Shown piece by piece: positions 42,490 to 56,680 of a stretch of 64,000 bases of DNA. Position 1 is the first letter of the stretch. Every line of letters begins with the position of its first letter. Location of the stretch: assembly GCF_009914755.1 (NCBI RefSeq), contig NC_060929.1; one strand, given 5' to 3'. Under the pieces are notes generated by a model. That model was not told where the DNA came from, made no database searches, and was given only the letters and a program-made list of their open reading frames with translations. A program made the translations under genes and the position numbers. This stretch comes from the human T2T-CHM13v2.0 reference genome, Homo sapiens.

Positions 42490-42720
42490 AACTATAAGTA
42501 CCCCTCAAACCATGGCATAATCATCTGTGCATCCCTGGCCTCTATTACCCAGTAGAACCTTATTAAATATCTTGTTGAATTGCATGTAATTTAGATCAAT
42601 GACGAGCCCTTTCCTCAGTAGAGGATTCAGCTGTTCCAAAAACACGGTCCTTGACAATTTTAAAAGTTGGAAGCAGCTGTGTCTAGCTAAAGTCTGCCAG
42701 AATGACACAGTGATAGTGAC
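42490..42720 (-). mobile_element. L3/CR1 reverse transcriptase remnant
   Basis: ORF 42505-42750 peptide KGLVIDLNYMQFNKIFNKV resembles the CR1 RT motif KGxxVDxIYLDFSKAFDKV. Confidence 0.6.
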
Positions 42721-43537
42721 CAGAGTATTCATTTGTTTTTCTAAAATCAAAGAACTGGTGAACCTCAGGGAATCAAAGAGGAATAGTTGGCTGGACCCAT
42801 GAAGTAAAGTGTCTGATTCCTCCCTTGCTTTTGTCCACAGTGTAATATGTTATCTGCTGCTCACTCTTATTTGATCTGTTTGAAATCCTTGCCAATGGCC
42901 ACCCATGGGAAATCTTCCAGTCCATCCCCATCCTGTCCCCTCTTTACTTCAGTGGTTTTAGGCACGTTGGGGTCATGCATCCCATTAAGAATCCAATGCA
43001 AGGTATGGACCTTCTCTCCTGAAAACTTATGTATGTACAAAATTTTGCACATAATCTCAGTGGACACCTGATGGCTGATGTGACAATCATTTGTTTATTT
43101 ATGAACTCATTTATCTATTCACTGGCTCATTCACTTATTCACTCATTTGTTATTAAATGCTGAGGTCCAGGTTTGTTAGATGTTGGAGACTCATGAACAA
43201 TGGTTCCTGCCCTCAGTAGCTTTAGTTTACTGGGGTAAATAGGTAAACAAACCAGTCTAGTATGTGGTGTTGGGCAATATTGTAGAGGTGGAGGTACTGA
43301 GGGAAGACAGAGGAGAAGCAACAAACCTGGGGGTGTCATGGGAGGCTTGGAGGAAGTGATTTCTGAGCTGAGCGCCAAGAAGAAGCACTTTCGACAAAGC
43401 AACTTGACTTTTTTCACATTAACTTATTTTTAAGTGATTACTATGGACATTGAAAGACCCTTAACCCTAGGAAAATCTCTGAAGGTCCACCTCAATCATA
43501 TCAAACAAATTAGAGTTATATATATATATATATATGA

Positions 43538-44408
<871 letters not shown>

Positions 44409-45705
44409 TTCTTGTTCTTTTTTTAAATAGTGGTAAGAAGATGATGTGAGACCTACCCTCTTAACAAATTTTTAAGTGTGCAATACAGTATTGTTAACTA
44501 TACGTGCAATGTTGTATAGCAGGTCCCTAGAACTAATTCATTTTGCATAACTGAAACTGAACAGCAACTCCCCATTCTCCCCTCCCTCCTGCCCCTGGCA
44601 ACTGCTATTCTATTCTCTGCTTCTGTGAGTTTGACCATTTTTGGTATCTCCTGTAAAGACAATCATGCAGTATTTTTTCTTCTATGACTGGCCTATTTCA
44701 CTTAGCATAATGTATGTCCTCAAGGTTTATCATATTGTCACATATGCCAGGATTTCCTTCTTTTTGTTAAAGGCTGAATAATATTCATATATATACCAAA
44801 TTCTCTTTATCCATTCATCTGTTGATGGGCATTCAGATGTTCCCACATTCTGGCTATTGTGAATAGTGCTAAAATAAACACGGAATGCAGATATCTCTTA
44901 GAAACCCTAATTTCAGTTCTTTTGTTTGTATACCCCGAAATGGTATTGCTGGATCATGTGGTAGTTCTATTTTTAATTTTTTGAGGAACATCCACATAAT
45001 TTTCCGTAATGGTTGTGCTAATCTACATTCCCAACAGCCATATACAAGAGCTCCCTTCTCTCCATATCCTTGCCAACACTGATCTTTTGTTTTTTTGATA
45101 ATAGACATCCTAACATATGTCAGGTGATATCTCATTGTGGTTTTGGTTTGTAGTTTCTTGATGATGAGTGATGTTGGGCAATTTTTTATGTATCTGTAGG
45201 CCATTTGTACATCTTTTTTGGGGAAATGCCTATTAAAGTCTTTTGCCCAGTTTAAAATTATTTGTTTTTCTGCTGTTGAGTTTTAGGAGTTCCTGATATA
45301 TTTCAGATATTAATGCCTTAGCAGATATATGGTTTGCAAATATTTCCTCCCATTCTGTAGATTCCCTTTTCACTCCATTGATTCCGTCTTTGGCTGTGCA
45401 GAAGTTTCTTGTAGTCCCAGTTGTTTTGCTTTCATTGCTTGTGCTTTTGATGTCATATCCAAGACATTATTGCCAAGATCAATGTCACGAAGATTTCCCT
45501 CAATGTTTTCTTCTAGGAGTTTTACAGTTTCAGGTCTTATGTTTAAATCTTTAATCCATTTTGAGTTGATTTTTGTGTATGGCATAAGATAAGTGTCTAT
45601 TTCTTTCTTTGGCATGTGGATATCCAGTTCTCCCAACACCATTCATTGAAGAGATTGCCCTTTCCCCCATTGTATATTCTTAGCACTCTTGTTGAAGCTC
45701 AGTTG
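44409..45705 (-). mobile_element. L1MA9/10-like LINE-1 (ORF2 C-terminus + 3' UTR) nested in the L1MB
   Basis: ORFs 44869-45204 and 45370-45642 are L1 ORF2p-like (YTKINSKWIKDLNIRPET). Probable TSD atgg(t/c)aatt. Confidence 0.85.
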
Positions 45706-45937
45706 AAATATGGCAATTTTATGTTTAACTTTTTGAGGATATGTGTGTCTGTGTGTGTGTATATATATTGTATTATATATATATATATGAAATGTATATA
45801 TGTCAGTAGAAATATTTGACAGGATTTCAAATTGGGCCTTATAAATTACTTGGTTACTTAATATTACTTAATTTATGATTGCTTATTTTAATTTCAATCT
45901 TATAAGATTCTTATGTTTTTATTTTGGTAATCATCTA

Positions 45938-46132
45938 GCGGAGTGGTTCTCATATTTAAGCATGTATCAGAATCCCTTGCAGGGCTTGTTCAAACAGATA
46001 ATTAGATAATTGTCCATCCCTATAGTTTCTGATTCAGTAGATCTGAGGTATGGCCCAAAAGTTTTCATTTCTAATATGTTCTTGGGTGATGCTGATGTTG
46101 CTCTTCTTGGGGGCATATTTTAAGAACCATTG
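45938..46132. mobile_element. MER5-type MITE
   Basis: agtggttctc...tcagaatc...tttctgattcagtagatctgagg...ggtgatgctgatgttgct...ttaagaaccattg. Confidence 0.75.
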
Positions 46133-46661
46133 ACCTTGAGAATACTTGGGAATTCTTGAGGTGAGAATATAACTTAACAACTGTTTTCAAAAGTAATGAA
46201 AATGTTATGAATACTAGGCCTAATAATTGCTGAAGTTGACATGTTATGCTTTATAGACAAACATTTATCAGTTACAATTTTGCAGTTTTAGTTTTATATT
46301 TTGTAATCAATTTCTTCAGGTCTCAAATGGTTTTATAGGTACCCTCTCAAACTTAATCACTGTGCCCAAAGTATTGATGGAGAAAATGGCCTTGCACAAC
46401 ATCTATAGATTTGCATTAAAAAGAAAAAAGACTGGATAGTATCCCCTTGTGTGAATGCACCATAGGAATTTCATTAATCACTTCCAATCAGTAAACCATA
46501 TTATTTACATGGTTTTCCTTCTATAAGCAGAGCTTTTTTGAACATCCCTCTACCCCTGGGGTTCATACTTCTAGCTGCTTGTTAGAATTACCATTACTAT
46601 ACTTGGACCTCACTGCCAGAGGCTCTGATTTTATTGGTCTGAGTGCTGCAGGCATGAATAT

Positions 46662-47645
46662 GTTTTTTTTTCAGGAATTCTTGGCAGCTTTTTCATGGCA
46701 CTGTTTTTTTATTATTATACTTTAAGTTCTAGGGTACATGTGCACAACGTGCAGGTTTGTTACATATGTATACATGTTCTGTGTTGGTTTGCTGCACCCA
46801 ATAACTCATCATTTACCTTAGGTATTTCTCCTAATGCTATCCCTCCCCCATCCTCCCACCCCACGACAGGCCCCAGTGTGTGATGTTCCCCACCCTGTGT
46901 CCAAGTGTTCTCATTGTTCAATTCCCACCTATGAGTGAGAACATGCGGTGTTTGGTTTTCTGTCCTTGTGATAGTTTGCTCAGAATGACGGTTTCCAGCT
47001 TCATCCGTGTTGCTACAAGGGACATGAACTCATCCTTTTTTATGGCTGCATAGTATTCCATGGTGTATATGTGCCACATTTTCTTAATCCAGTCTATCGT
47101 TGATGGACATTTGGGTTGGTTCCAAGTCTTTGCTATTGTGAATAGTGCCGCAATAAACATATGTGTGCATGTGTCTTTATAGTCACATGATTTATAATCC
47201 TTTGGGTATATACCCAGTAATGGGATGGCTGGGTCAAATGGTATTTCTAGTTCTAGATCCTTGAGGAATCACCATATTGTCTTCCACAACTAGTTGAACT
47301 AGTTTACACTCCCACCAAAAGTGTAAAAGTGTTCCTGTTTCTCCACATCCTCTCCAGCATCTGTTGTTTCCTGACTTTTTAATGATCGCATTCTAACTGG
47401 TGTGAGATGGTATCTCATTGTGGTTTTGATTTGCATTTCTCTGATGACCAGTGATGTTGAGCATTTTTTCATGTGTCTGTTGGCTGCATAAATGTCTTCT
47501 TTTGAAAAGTGTTCATATCCTTTGCCCAGTTTTCGATGGGTGGTTTAATTTTTTCTTGTAAATTTATTTAAGTTCTTTGTAGATTCTGGGTAGTAGCTCT
47601 TTGTCAGATGAGTAGACTGCAAAAATTTTCTCCCATTCTGTAGGT
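46662..47645 (-). mobile_element. L1PA5/6-like 5'-truncated LINE-1 inserted in a MER5-type MITE
   Basis: attatactttaagttctagggtacatgtgcacaacgtgcagg. ORF 46918-47160 is the ORF2p C-terminus. TSD aggcatgaatat(g/a)ttttttt at 46650 and 47646. Confidence 0.95.
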
Positions 47646-50600
47646 AGGCATGAATATATTTTTTTAAAAGATTCTCAGGTGATTTGAATGTGCAGCCAGG
47701 TTTGAGGACCACTGTTCTACATGCATCTTTGGCCACTTGTGCTGCATCTTGTCTACTCTGGGACATTGCCTTGAGATCTGAAGCTAAGTGAGAAGACTTA
47801 TCATTGTCTTTTTAAAAAGTGACCCTTCCACAAGTCAAGACATACTATGTTGTAAGATCATTAGCAGCCTCAGAAAATGTCCCATTAGTTTCTTTTTCTC
47901 TAAGACACGCACACACACATACCCTTCTCTGGCAAAGATGCTTGTCTTTTAATTGCCAGGAAGATGAGAAAAAAGAACATTAAAAAGACAAGCTTTATTG
48001 AGGGGATCAGGATGGAAGCTCATTCCTTATCTTTAATAGAGTCTCAGGGTTTGTTGTTTTCATTATTTAAATTCTAGCATTGAAGAAATATGTATTGAAG
48101 TTCAGTGTTAAACCATTAGGACATATTAATAGGGGAAAAGAAAAATACATAAGTCTATTTTCTGTTTAATGAGGAATAATGAGAATCAAGTCTATCGTAA
48201 TCAATGGAAGTGTTCAAGTGCTAATGTTACATTTTTGAGTTTGAGAAAATGAATGACTAGTAACAGATGCAGAGGTTTTGTCTCTGTTGTATGTGACTCT
48301 ATGATCCAAGGCAAAGAAACAAGGATGATGTTCAAAATGTATAACAGCTGGTGTGGCATGGTCACTGGGGCTGGCTGGTACACAGCTCTGGTCCATGTTG
48401 ACAGAACACCAGCCCTCCAGATACATTTGATGTAGGGGTGTCAAAGTTCTTCTGCTCTCATAAAACCATCCCACTTGCCTGTCATATTGCCTTGGATTCA
48501 CCACTCTCTTTAGTAGAGATTTTATCATTCCTGGGAGGTAAATACAGATACACCTTTAAGGAGGGTATGTGTGTGAGGCCTTCATTTCTCAGTAGCTTTT
48601 GCCCTCAGCCTTGATGACTTTGTAATCTATAACATAAACGGATTCTTCCTTTGAAAATTTCACTGATGGATTGGAAGCAGGAGAGGTCAGTGTTGATGGG
48701 GACATGGGAAGAGGACTTGGAGATCAGTCTGGTCTATTTTGTTTTGTTTTGTTTTTTAAATCATTTTGTTAAATCATTTTGTTAACCTTACCAAATAATA
48801 CTAGGTCTGGATGGAGCTGTATAGATGACCTGTTCCACTTGCCCCAATTTACGTATGAGGAAGCTGAGCCCAGAGAGGGAAAGTGATGGGGCTAAGGCCA
48901 CAGCTATTTAGTTTGGCTGTGTGGAAAGAACTTCAGTGTCAACACTGGCTTCAAGGTCTGGCTGTGTTCCTGATAGCGTGCGGCTCTTCTGTTTTCCTCC
49001 AGACTTACATTTCTCATCTGCAAAGTGGGGAATACCTTTCAAAAAAAATTTAAAACATGATTCATAGAAAAGATGATGAAGATATGTCAAAGATTTTATT
49101 CAGCTCATGAATGAATGAATGATTCAGTAAGCAAGAGGAGGTGGTTCAATAAGAGAATTTGAGGAACAGATATTTATATAGTAAATCAGTCAAAGGAATG
49201 GGGAAATGGATTTGCTAAAAGATAAAAAGTTGGTCAATGTTTTATAGGGCAATGAAATTGTAGTCTTTTGGACAGAAATTTACAAGTTAACATTATTTCC
49301 CCCAATGTCTGTTTTCTGGTCAAGTAGTGAATGGTAAAATCAAATAAAGTCACAGATAATTAAATAATCCTCATCCTCTGGTGAGCCTGTTAATAACATT
49401 GAAGGGGTATGCATTGATCATCTTATTTTATTTCCAAGTTTTATTAATAGATAATTTTTCTTAATAAGAACTAGAGGAGATGATGAAAAAAATCTGTCTA
49501 AAGTATTCCCCAAATGTTACAATTTTGCAGGACAATGTGTTCCTGGACTTTTGTAGGCACTTGATTCTTCCAGAGTCCATCCATCTACATTTCTCCTATG
49601 TACACATTGCAGGAGAAAGGTGGCCTTGGAAGGAAAGAATCTCTTTCTTTCCATCCTCTTAATGCTAATCAGCCAATATGCTAAGTATTTGAAATCCCAG
49701 GCCCAGGAGGAGCCTATTCTTTGCTTGAAGCAAAGAAATAGATCCTTGTCAGTTCAGCTGAGAATGTGTTGAAATAAGTCAATGACTTAAAGTTTTTGGA
49801 GCAGAAGGCCTGTTGAATTGTGGATTGGGCAGTGGCAGTTGTCCTCTTGTGTTTTGCAGGGAGGGTAGCAGTGCCTGCAATCATTTCACTTCCTTTCTTT
49901 TCTCACCTCAGTGTCAAAATACAGTCATGCGCCTTGTCTCCAAATTTAGGCCTTGACCATTAGGTCTGGTCAGTGCTGAATCAGCCCCAGTCAAGGTTCT
50001 CTTTGGACCACCTATTTCTGAATTTGCCTCTGTTTGCATTTCAAACATTTTAATTATTTGATTAAGAAATAGGCTGATCCTTGTCCTTGGACTGGCAGTG
50101 ATCCCACTGAAACAGTTTGGAAATACCTAGTTTATTTGTATCTCTCACAGCTTGTATTCCCAAGCTGAACTCATTCTGTTCTCTCTCACATACCTGCAGA
50201 GATGTTAGGACAGAGAGTGCCATAAATTAACCCTTAGCTTTTAGCAAGGCTGCCTTTGGTCATGTTGTGAATGTTTGGGGAATACGTTCCTTCCTGTGCC
50301 TTTGATCCCAGGCAGCCCCCACCCTGGGTCTTGTATCTTCTGCACATCCCATCAGAAATGGGTGAGACACACTCCATTCATTCATGCCAAGGAATAAATG
50401 ACTGGCAGATTATAATTTGCGAACCATCCCAGAAATTCAATTTTTAAGAAATATATTTTTTCATAAGAAAAGTTTTATTATTAAAGGCTTAGAAAATACA
50501 GAAATGTATTAAGAAGCAAATTTAAATCACCTATAATACTACTATTCAGAGATAATAAATGATGTTAATATTTTGCTGTATTTGTTTTCAGATATACACA

Positions 50601-51043
50601 TACTTTAAAAATTCAAGACTATGCTGTTTCATTAACATTTTAATTGTGATTGAAGCTAGCTCTAAGGGTGAAATTTCACATAGGGGGTTGAAGAGATACT
50701 TTTGGGTAGGGGGAGCGGGGAGGAAGTAAATGGGAATGGGAGTGAGAATTGGGAGTGTACGGATGCCCATGAACTAACACCCTGGAGGTAGTTCCAGAGA
50801 AATGATTCTATCCAGAGAAATGATTCTCTGGCCCCGGGTTGGGCTAGCAGAGAAGGTACCTTAGAGAGAGAAGGTTTATTTTGTTATGTTTTGTTTTGCT
50901 GCGTATGCAGGGAGCAGGTGAATCTAAGGCATTGCCTTTCCAGTTTGAGAATGTACTCTAGCCTTCCCCAACTTTGCACATGGCACCACTGCCCACCTGG
51001 TGACGCAAACTACTTTGCCTTGCCTTTTACATTCTGAAGGTTC

Positions 51044-51627
51044 TGTCAGAGGCATGCAAACCAGAGCGACTCCATCTTGAATAAGGGCTGGGTAACATGA
51101 GGCTGAGACCTGCTGGGCTGCCTTCTCAGGAGGTTAGATATTCTTAGTCACAGGATATTTACAGTTAAGGGAACAGGTTCAATATTTACTAAACAGACCC
51201 AGGACTTAGCAGATCCAGGACTTAAGAGACCCAAGGGATGTCCTTCTGTCTTAGATACCTTGAGAACAAAAGCATTCTTAGTTGAAGAATAAATTTCATT
51301 TTAACGATAATAACATAGATTCTTGCGGAAGAGAGTGGTTAAAAAAGATTAACAATCCTTTGTAATGAGCCCTCGTAGTAGAGCACACCTCTCCATGATT
51401 TTTGCTTTATTGTCTTATAGATAAACAAGTACTGTACCTAAGGTGGAAGTGTTCCTCCTCTTGCTTTGAATGCCCTGCTCTCTCTACAGAGTAGGCACCC
51501 TTTTATTCCTTTACTTTCTTAATAAGCTTGCTTTCACTTTAGTCCGTGGTCTCACCTCAAATTCTTTCTTGCGTGAGATCCAAGAACCGTTTCTTGGGGT
51601 CTGGATCAGGACCCCTTTCCAGTAACA
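51044..51627 (+). mobile_element. MER41-family ERV1 solo LTR
   Basis: tgtcagaggc...accagagcgactccatcttgaata...gagatccaagaacc...ggacccctttccagtaaca; 4-bp TSD GTTC. Confidence 0.9.
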
Positions 51628-51709
51628 GTTCTACCTTAAAAGTATATCCTGAATCTGATCACTTCTTGCCATGTTCACCGTTAAGACCTTGATCTAAGTC
51701 TCCATCATT

Positions 51710-52245
51710 TGTTACCCAGATGAGTTCAGTTAATGCTTTGGAAATAAACTAAGACCCATCCAATGAGAACAGGGAAAGGCTTTCTACTCAGAGCTTGCTA
51801 CAGCAAGGGAATCAGCTACCATCACTTGTATTTTGGCAGAGACTCAAAGCTAGGCAGAGGAGTGGAAGAGCTTTATAGGGGAAAAAAGGGAAGGCCTGAT
51901 TGAAGGCTGTTGTCATGGGGAAGCTGGAGGCAGGCTGACTAGGAGCAGGGCATCCTATGTGATTGCTAAGGGTGCATATTTGGCTTTCTAAGTTGGTTCT
52001 AAGTTGAAAGGAGGAGCAAGATTTAGTGAAGCTGTCAGTGAATAATTAAGTCCTGCCTGTTTTAGGCTAATTGTTACAGGGGTTATTATTTGGCTTCTTG
52101 GCTTGTTTGTTCTCTAGCAAACAAAGATCTAGTGGTCTGACTTCCTACAAGTCTGTCTTGGCTGGTTACTGAAGATAATGGGTTGCTTTTCAGGGCTGGT
52201 GGCAGATTGTGGGTTAGAGTTTGTAGTTTTATAGATGGTCTGGTC
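51710..52245 (-). mobile_element. ERV1-class LTR (subfamily uncertain)
   Basis: tcagagcttgctacagcaagggaatcagc...ggcagagactcaaag...ctttatag resembles MER31/MER67/MER89-type LTR termini. Confidence 0.55.
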
Positions 52246-52307
52246 ATCGTATACTTAGTCTTTCATGCTGCATTGAAGTTTAATGGTACCCCTTTGGCAA
52301 ACACTGA

Positions 52308-52692
<385 letters not shown>

Positions 52693-54029
52693 TAACTTGC
52701 TCAAGATTACACAGTTAATAAGGAGAAGAGCCTGGCTTCACACCTTGGCAGTTTCACTCCAGAAATCACTGCCTTAAGCCTTAAGCCTCCTCTAGTCACT
52801 TAGAGATGGGGTTCACCCAGTCCTTGCCAATGTGTTAGCAGACAAACTTAAAATGGAACCTCTCTAAGTACAGAATTTGCACTTAGCTCCTCCAAAGGGT
52901 CCCTTCTTGAGGACCCTTCTGTAAGACCTAACTCATCTTTACTGTCTCAGTGAAACTTGACCCCATTCATCCCATTTTCCTTCTACATACTCATCAGACT
53001 TTAAGACACAAAGAAGTGAATCTCTGAGAGGGAAATGATAGGTGCCATAGCATCCCTTGTATACATGCTCAGGAGTCAGGCTGCCTAGGTTTGATTCTCA
53101 GCACCCTCATTTAGTAGCTACAAACTTGGGGTTGATCTCATTTACCTAAGCCTCAGTTTCTAAATCTGTATATGGAGATGATGCTAATATACTACCTCCC
53201 CTCTGAGCACAAGATTGACATAACAGACATAAAATGCATGTATAATAGCAGGGCAGATGGAAAGTGCTCAATGTGAGTTAAAATGCAAATATCCTAGAAG
53301 ACTCTTTCCTGTACCCTTAACTAACATAATATGGAAAGTGAGAATTGGAATTGTTGACAATTTGGGCTGGGAAGAAAAATAATAGATATTACTCTTTTTC
53401 AAAAATTGGGAAAAGTGAAGACTTTTTGAAACAGTTGACAAAATGTGGCATTTTACCCCTTTCCCACTCATTCCCACACATGACTCCTCACTCCATACAT
53501 TATTTACTTTTTGAGATCGTCCAATGATAACAAAGGAAAAAGGCTGAATAAAATTTAGTTTTTACTGATTCAACCAAACGACTGCTCATGTTAATCCAAA
53601 TAAACACATGATACATGAAGGACTTCAAATCCTATTTTATTTTTCTTCTCTGGGTCACTATAGTACTTGTAATCAGTAGAAGCCAGATAAATAGGCATCC
53701 CCTGCCTATTTACTGGAGGAACAATACAGAGATGAAACAATAGCATATCAAAGGCCTTATCCTCTACTTGGGTACAGAGCACAAAAGAATAATTTAAATC
53801 ACTGATTTAATAAAAGAAAAGAGATCCATACCCCCAACATGGCTCTTGTTCTGTCCAAGTGGTATCATGCAATCATCAGGTTACCTAGAGAAATTGGCAC
53901 AAAGAGGGCAGAATATTGGCTTAAAGACGCCACAAGAGCTGGAATCCCTGGGTGGCCAGAGGGATGGCCTCTGGAGTCCTATGTCACAGCCATAGGCAGG
54001 GTGGCAGAGAATGTGGGTGCAAATGTAGA

Positions 54030-55080
54030 AGAGTAAAGTAAAGATGGGGACTTGTGGAAGTGCCTCTCTGACTGTCTCATTTTCTTAATGATTTAGAGAA
54101 GCCAAGTCAGTGGCTGAAAATGGGGGTGGGGGCTTGAGGTTTGAAAAGAGAGGAAAAGGCATGAAAGAGTCATTGCCATAGTAGGGTGGGAGGATGAATA
54201 AGCTAGCAGAAGGAGCTACTTGAGGGTCACGGTTATGACTTTGCAATGACTCAGTGGGCATGGTTGTGCTTTTTTTCCAGACACTTTCAGCTCAGGGTGC
54301 AGGTGCAGAGCAGACAGAGACTTGGTTTTAACCAAGAAAGGAGTACTTTAGCCAAGTGACTTTGACAAAGTGAGAAGAGGCCAGTGGGTTGGGCAAGAGT
54401 GAGAGATAGTAACAGTGGACCAAGGAATCTGAGCCATGTCAGGACAGACAGCCAGTGAGGACTTGGTGTCAGGGAGGTGAGACACAGTGAACAGGGGTAG
54501 AATCCATGGATCATAGGTTCCTGGGGGGTTAAGGATCACAGGAATCAGGATATTAAAGGGGGTGTTTATAGGAGGTATGACAGTGGTGCTTAGAGAGTGG
54601 GATGCTTGAAACTGAGATTTCAGAGGGGCTTTAGTGATTGCTAAAGACAAGGTCTAGGGTCTAGGGTGAGACCCTGGGAGTGAGTGGCTGAAGTGGGATG
54701 GAGGAGAAGCTCATCGAAGGTGACAAAATGAGGGAACTGAGTGAGCAGGATATAGGAAGGATCAACAATGTAGAAACTGAAATCACCAATAAGACAGGAG
54801 TGGTATTGGAGAGAATGTCAGTGAGGCAGAAGCAAAGTAGCTAAGGAACAGAGGGTGTAACCCTGAAAGGAGGACTGTAGCAAGGAGGGGTGGTGGGTGG
54901 TATAACGTGACGATATGGATTCAAAGCTGCAGGATGTCACAGAGGAAGGAAGGAGAGTGGTCTAGAAGAGAGGAAGATGGATACTACTTCATCTCCAGGC
55001 CCACTGGATGGGAGAGAGCACAGTTCTCACTTGAGAAATCTTCAGGGAACATTGCACTTTTTAGGGAGAGCTGGGATTCT
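54030..55080 (-). mobile_element. L2 LINE fragments
   Basis: Long purine-rich diverged tract typical of antisense L2. Confidence 0.5.
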
Positions 55081-55155
55081 GTTAATGTGGTCTTTTGGAA
55101 AATTCAGTGAACAGGTTAAGTGTATAAGCAGTCATACAAAAGAATAATAAAATGA

Positions 55156-55447
55156 GGCTGGGTGCTGTGGCTCACGCCTGTAATCCCAAAACTTTGGGAG
55201 GATGAGGTGGGAGAATTGCTTGAGCCCAGGTGTTCAAGACCAGCCTAAGCAATATGGTGAAACACTGTCTCTACAAAAAAATACAGAATGTTAGTCAAAT
55301 ATGATGGTGTGCACCTGTAGTCACAGCTACTCAGGAGGCTGAGGTGGGAGAATCACCTGAGCTGTGGAGGTTGGGGCTGCAGTGAGCCGCAATTGCACCA
55401 CTGCACTCCAGCTTGGGCGACAGAGCAAGATCCTGTCTCAAAAAAAA
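55156..55447 (+). mobile_element. AluJ(b)
   Basis: ttgcttgagcccagg...; 17-bp TSD aaagaa(t/c)aataaaatga. Confidence 0.93.
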
Positions 55448-56369
55448 GAACAATAAAATGAGATATGAATACACATGTTGCTATGATTGCTCAGAGGAAG
55501 AAAGAATATGAAGGAGGATGACGGAAAAGAAGGCGATATTTAGTAGTTGACCTGAGTCTTAAAGGATGGCTTAAAGTTCTCCAGTTGGATAGGAAGGAAG
55601 GAAGAAGGAATGAAGGAGAAAAGAAGGAGAAAGCAAAACATGAGCAAAGGCATGATGGCATGGTTGGATTTGGGGAATTGGAAATAGATTGGTGAGAATA
55701 GAGGAGGACGGCCGAGGGGCTGGAGAGTCAGAAACAGAGACCTCATCATGAAGGGCCTTGAATGCCACATTTTGAGTTTGAACTTTTCTTGGAAATGGTA
55801 ATGAGCCATCAAAAGAGGATAAGCCAGACAGTAACTGGGTTTATAAAAAAGAATGTTGAATTAAATAAAACAACCATTCTGTGATTTTCATTTGTTCATT
55901 CACATATGTATCTATGAATGCACACATATATATGTTGGGTTATGTGATGCCAAATATGAGGTTGATTGAAATTGCTCCATCTTAGATTATTTTGGCATCT
56001 GGACTCAATTAAAAAACTGAAGATTTAAGGCAGAGGCCAGAGCACTAAGTGGCTTGGTGAAGGGAGCTAAAGACCCTGAGTGGTAGGAGGCTTTATGGAC
56101 ACAGAGATCTGAATTTGATTCCCACGTTGTCACTTAACAATTTATACCCTAGGACAAATATCTTACTTTCTCTGACCCTCCTTATAAGTAAAATGGGAAT
56201 AATAGTCCCTACTTGAAAAGTTCGTGTGTGGATTAAGTGAGATCATGTGGTAACATATTTAGTAGGGTGACTGTCACATGCTAAGTGCTCAGTAAATATT
56301 AGTTACTTTTATGGTGCACTAATTTCAGGCTCACGTATCTTCTACATTACTTTGTGGTATGGCTGCACA

Positions 56370-56680
56370 CGGAATACCCAGTTTTTAAAAACGTGCATAC
56401 GTTGGCCCCACCCACGGGGATTCTGATGTAATTTATCAGGAGGATGGCCTAAACGTTTTCATAGCTCCCCAATGTGATTCTCATGCACAATGGAGGTTGC
56501 TGCTGATTCTCAAAGGGCTAGACTCTGAAGGAGCAGCATTAGCATTGCCTGGGAACTAGTAAGAAATATAAAACTTCTCCCATCTACTGAATCAGAAATT
56601 CTGGGATTAGGGGTCAACAATCTGTGTTTTAACAAGCTCCCAAGGTGATTCTAACATACACTTAAGTTTTCAAACCACCA
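56370..56680. mobile_element. Two adjacent MER5-type MITE fragments
   Basis: ctactgaatcagaaattctggg...caatctgtgttttaacaagctcccaaggtgattct. Confidence 0.7.

Noticed and set aside
48757-48785. 13-bp tandem duplication taaatcattttgt (and a 15-bp-period one at ~58297-58325)
   Set aside because: Ordinary slippage duplications with no further structure.
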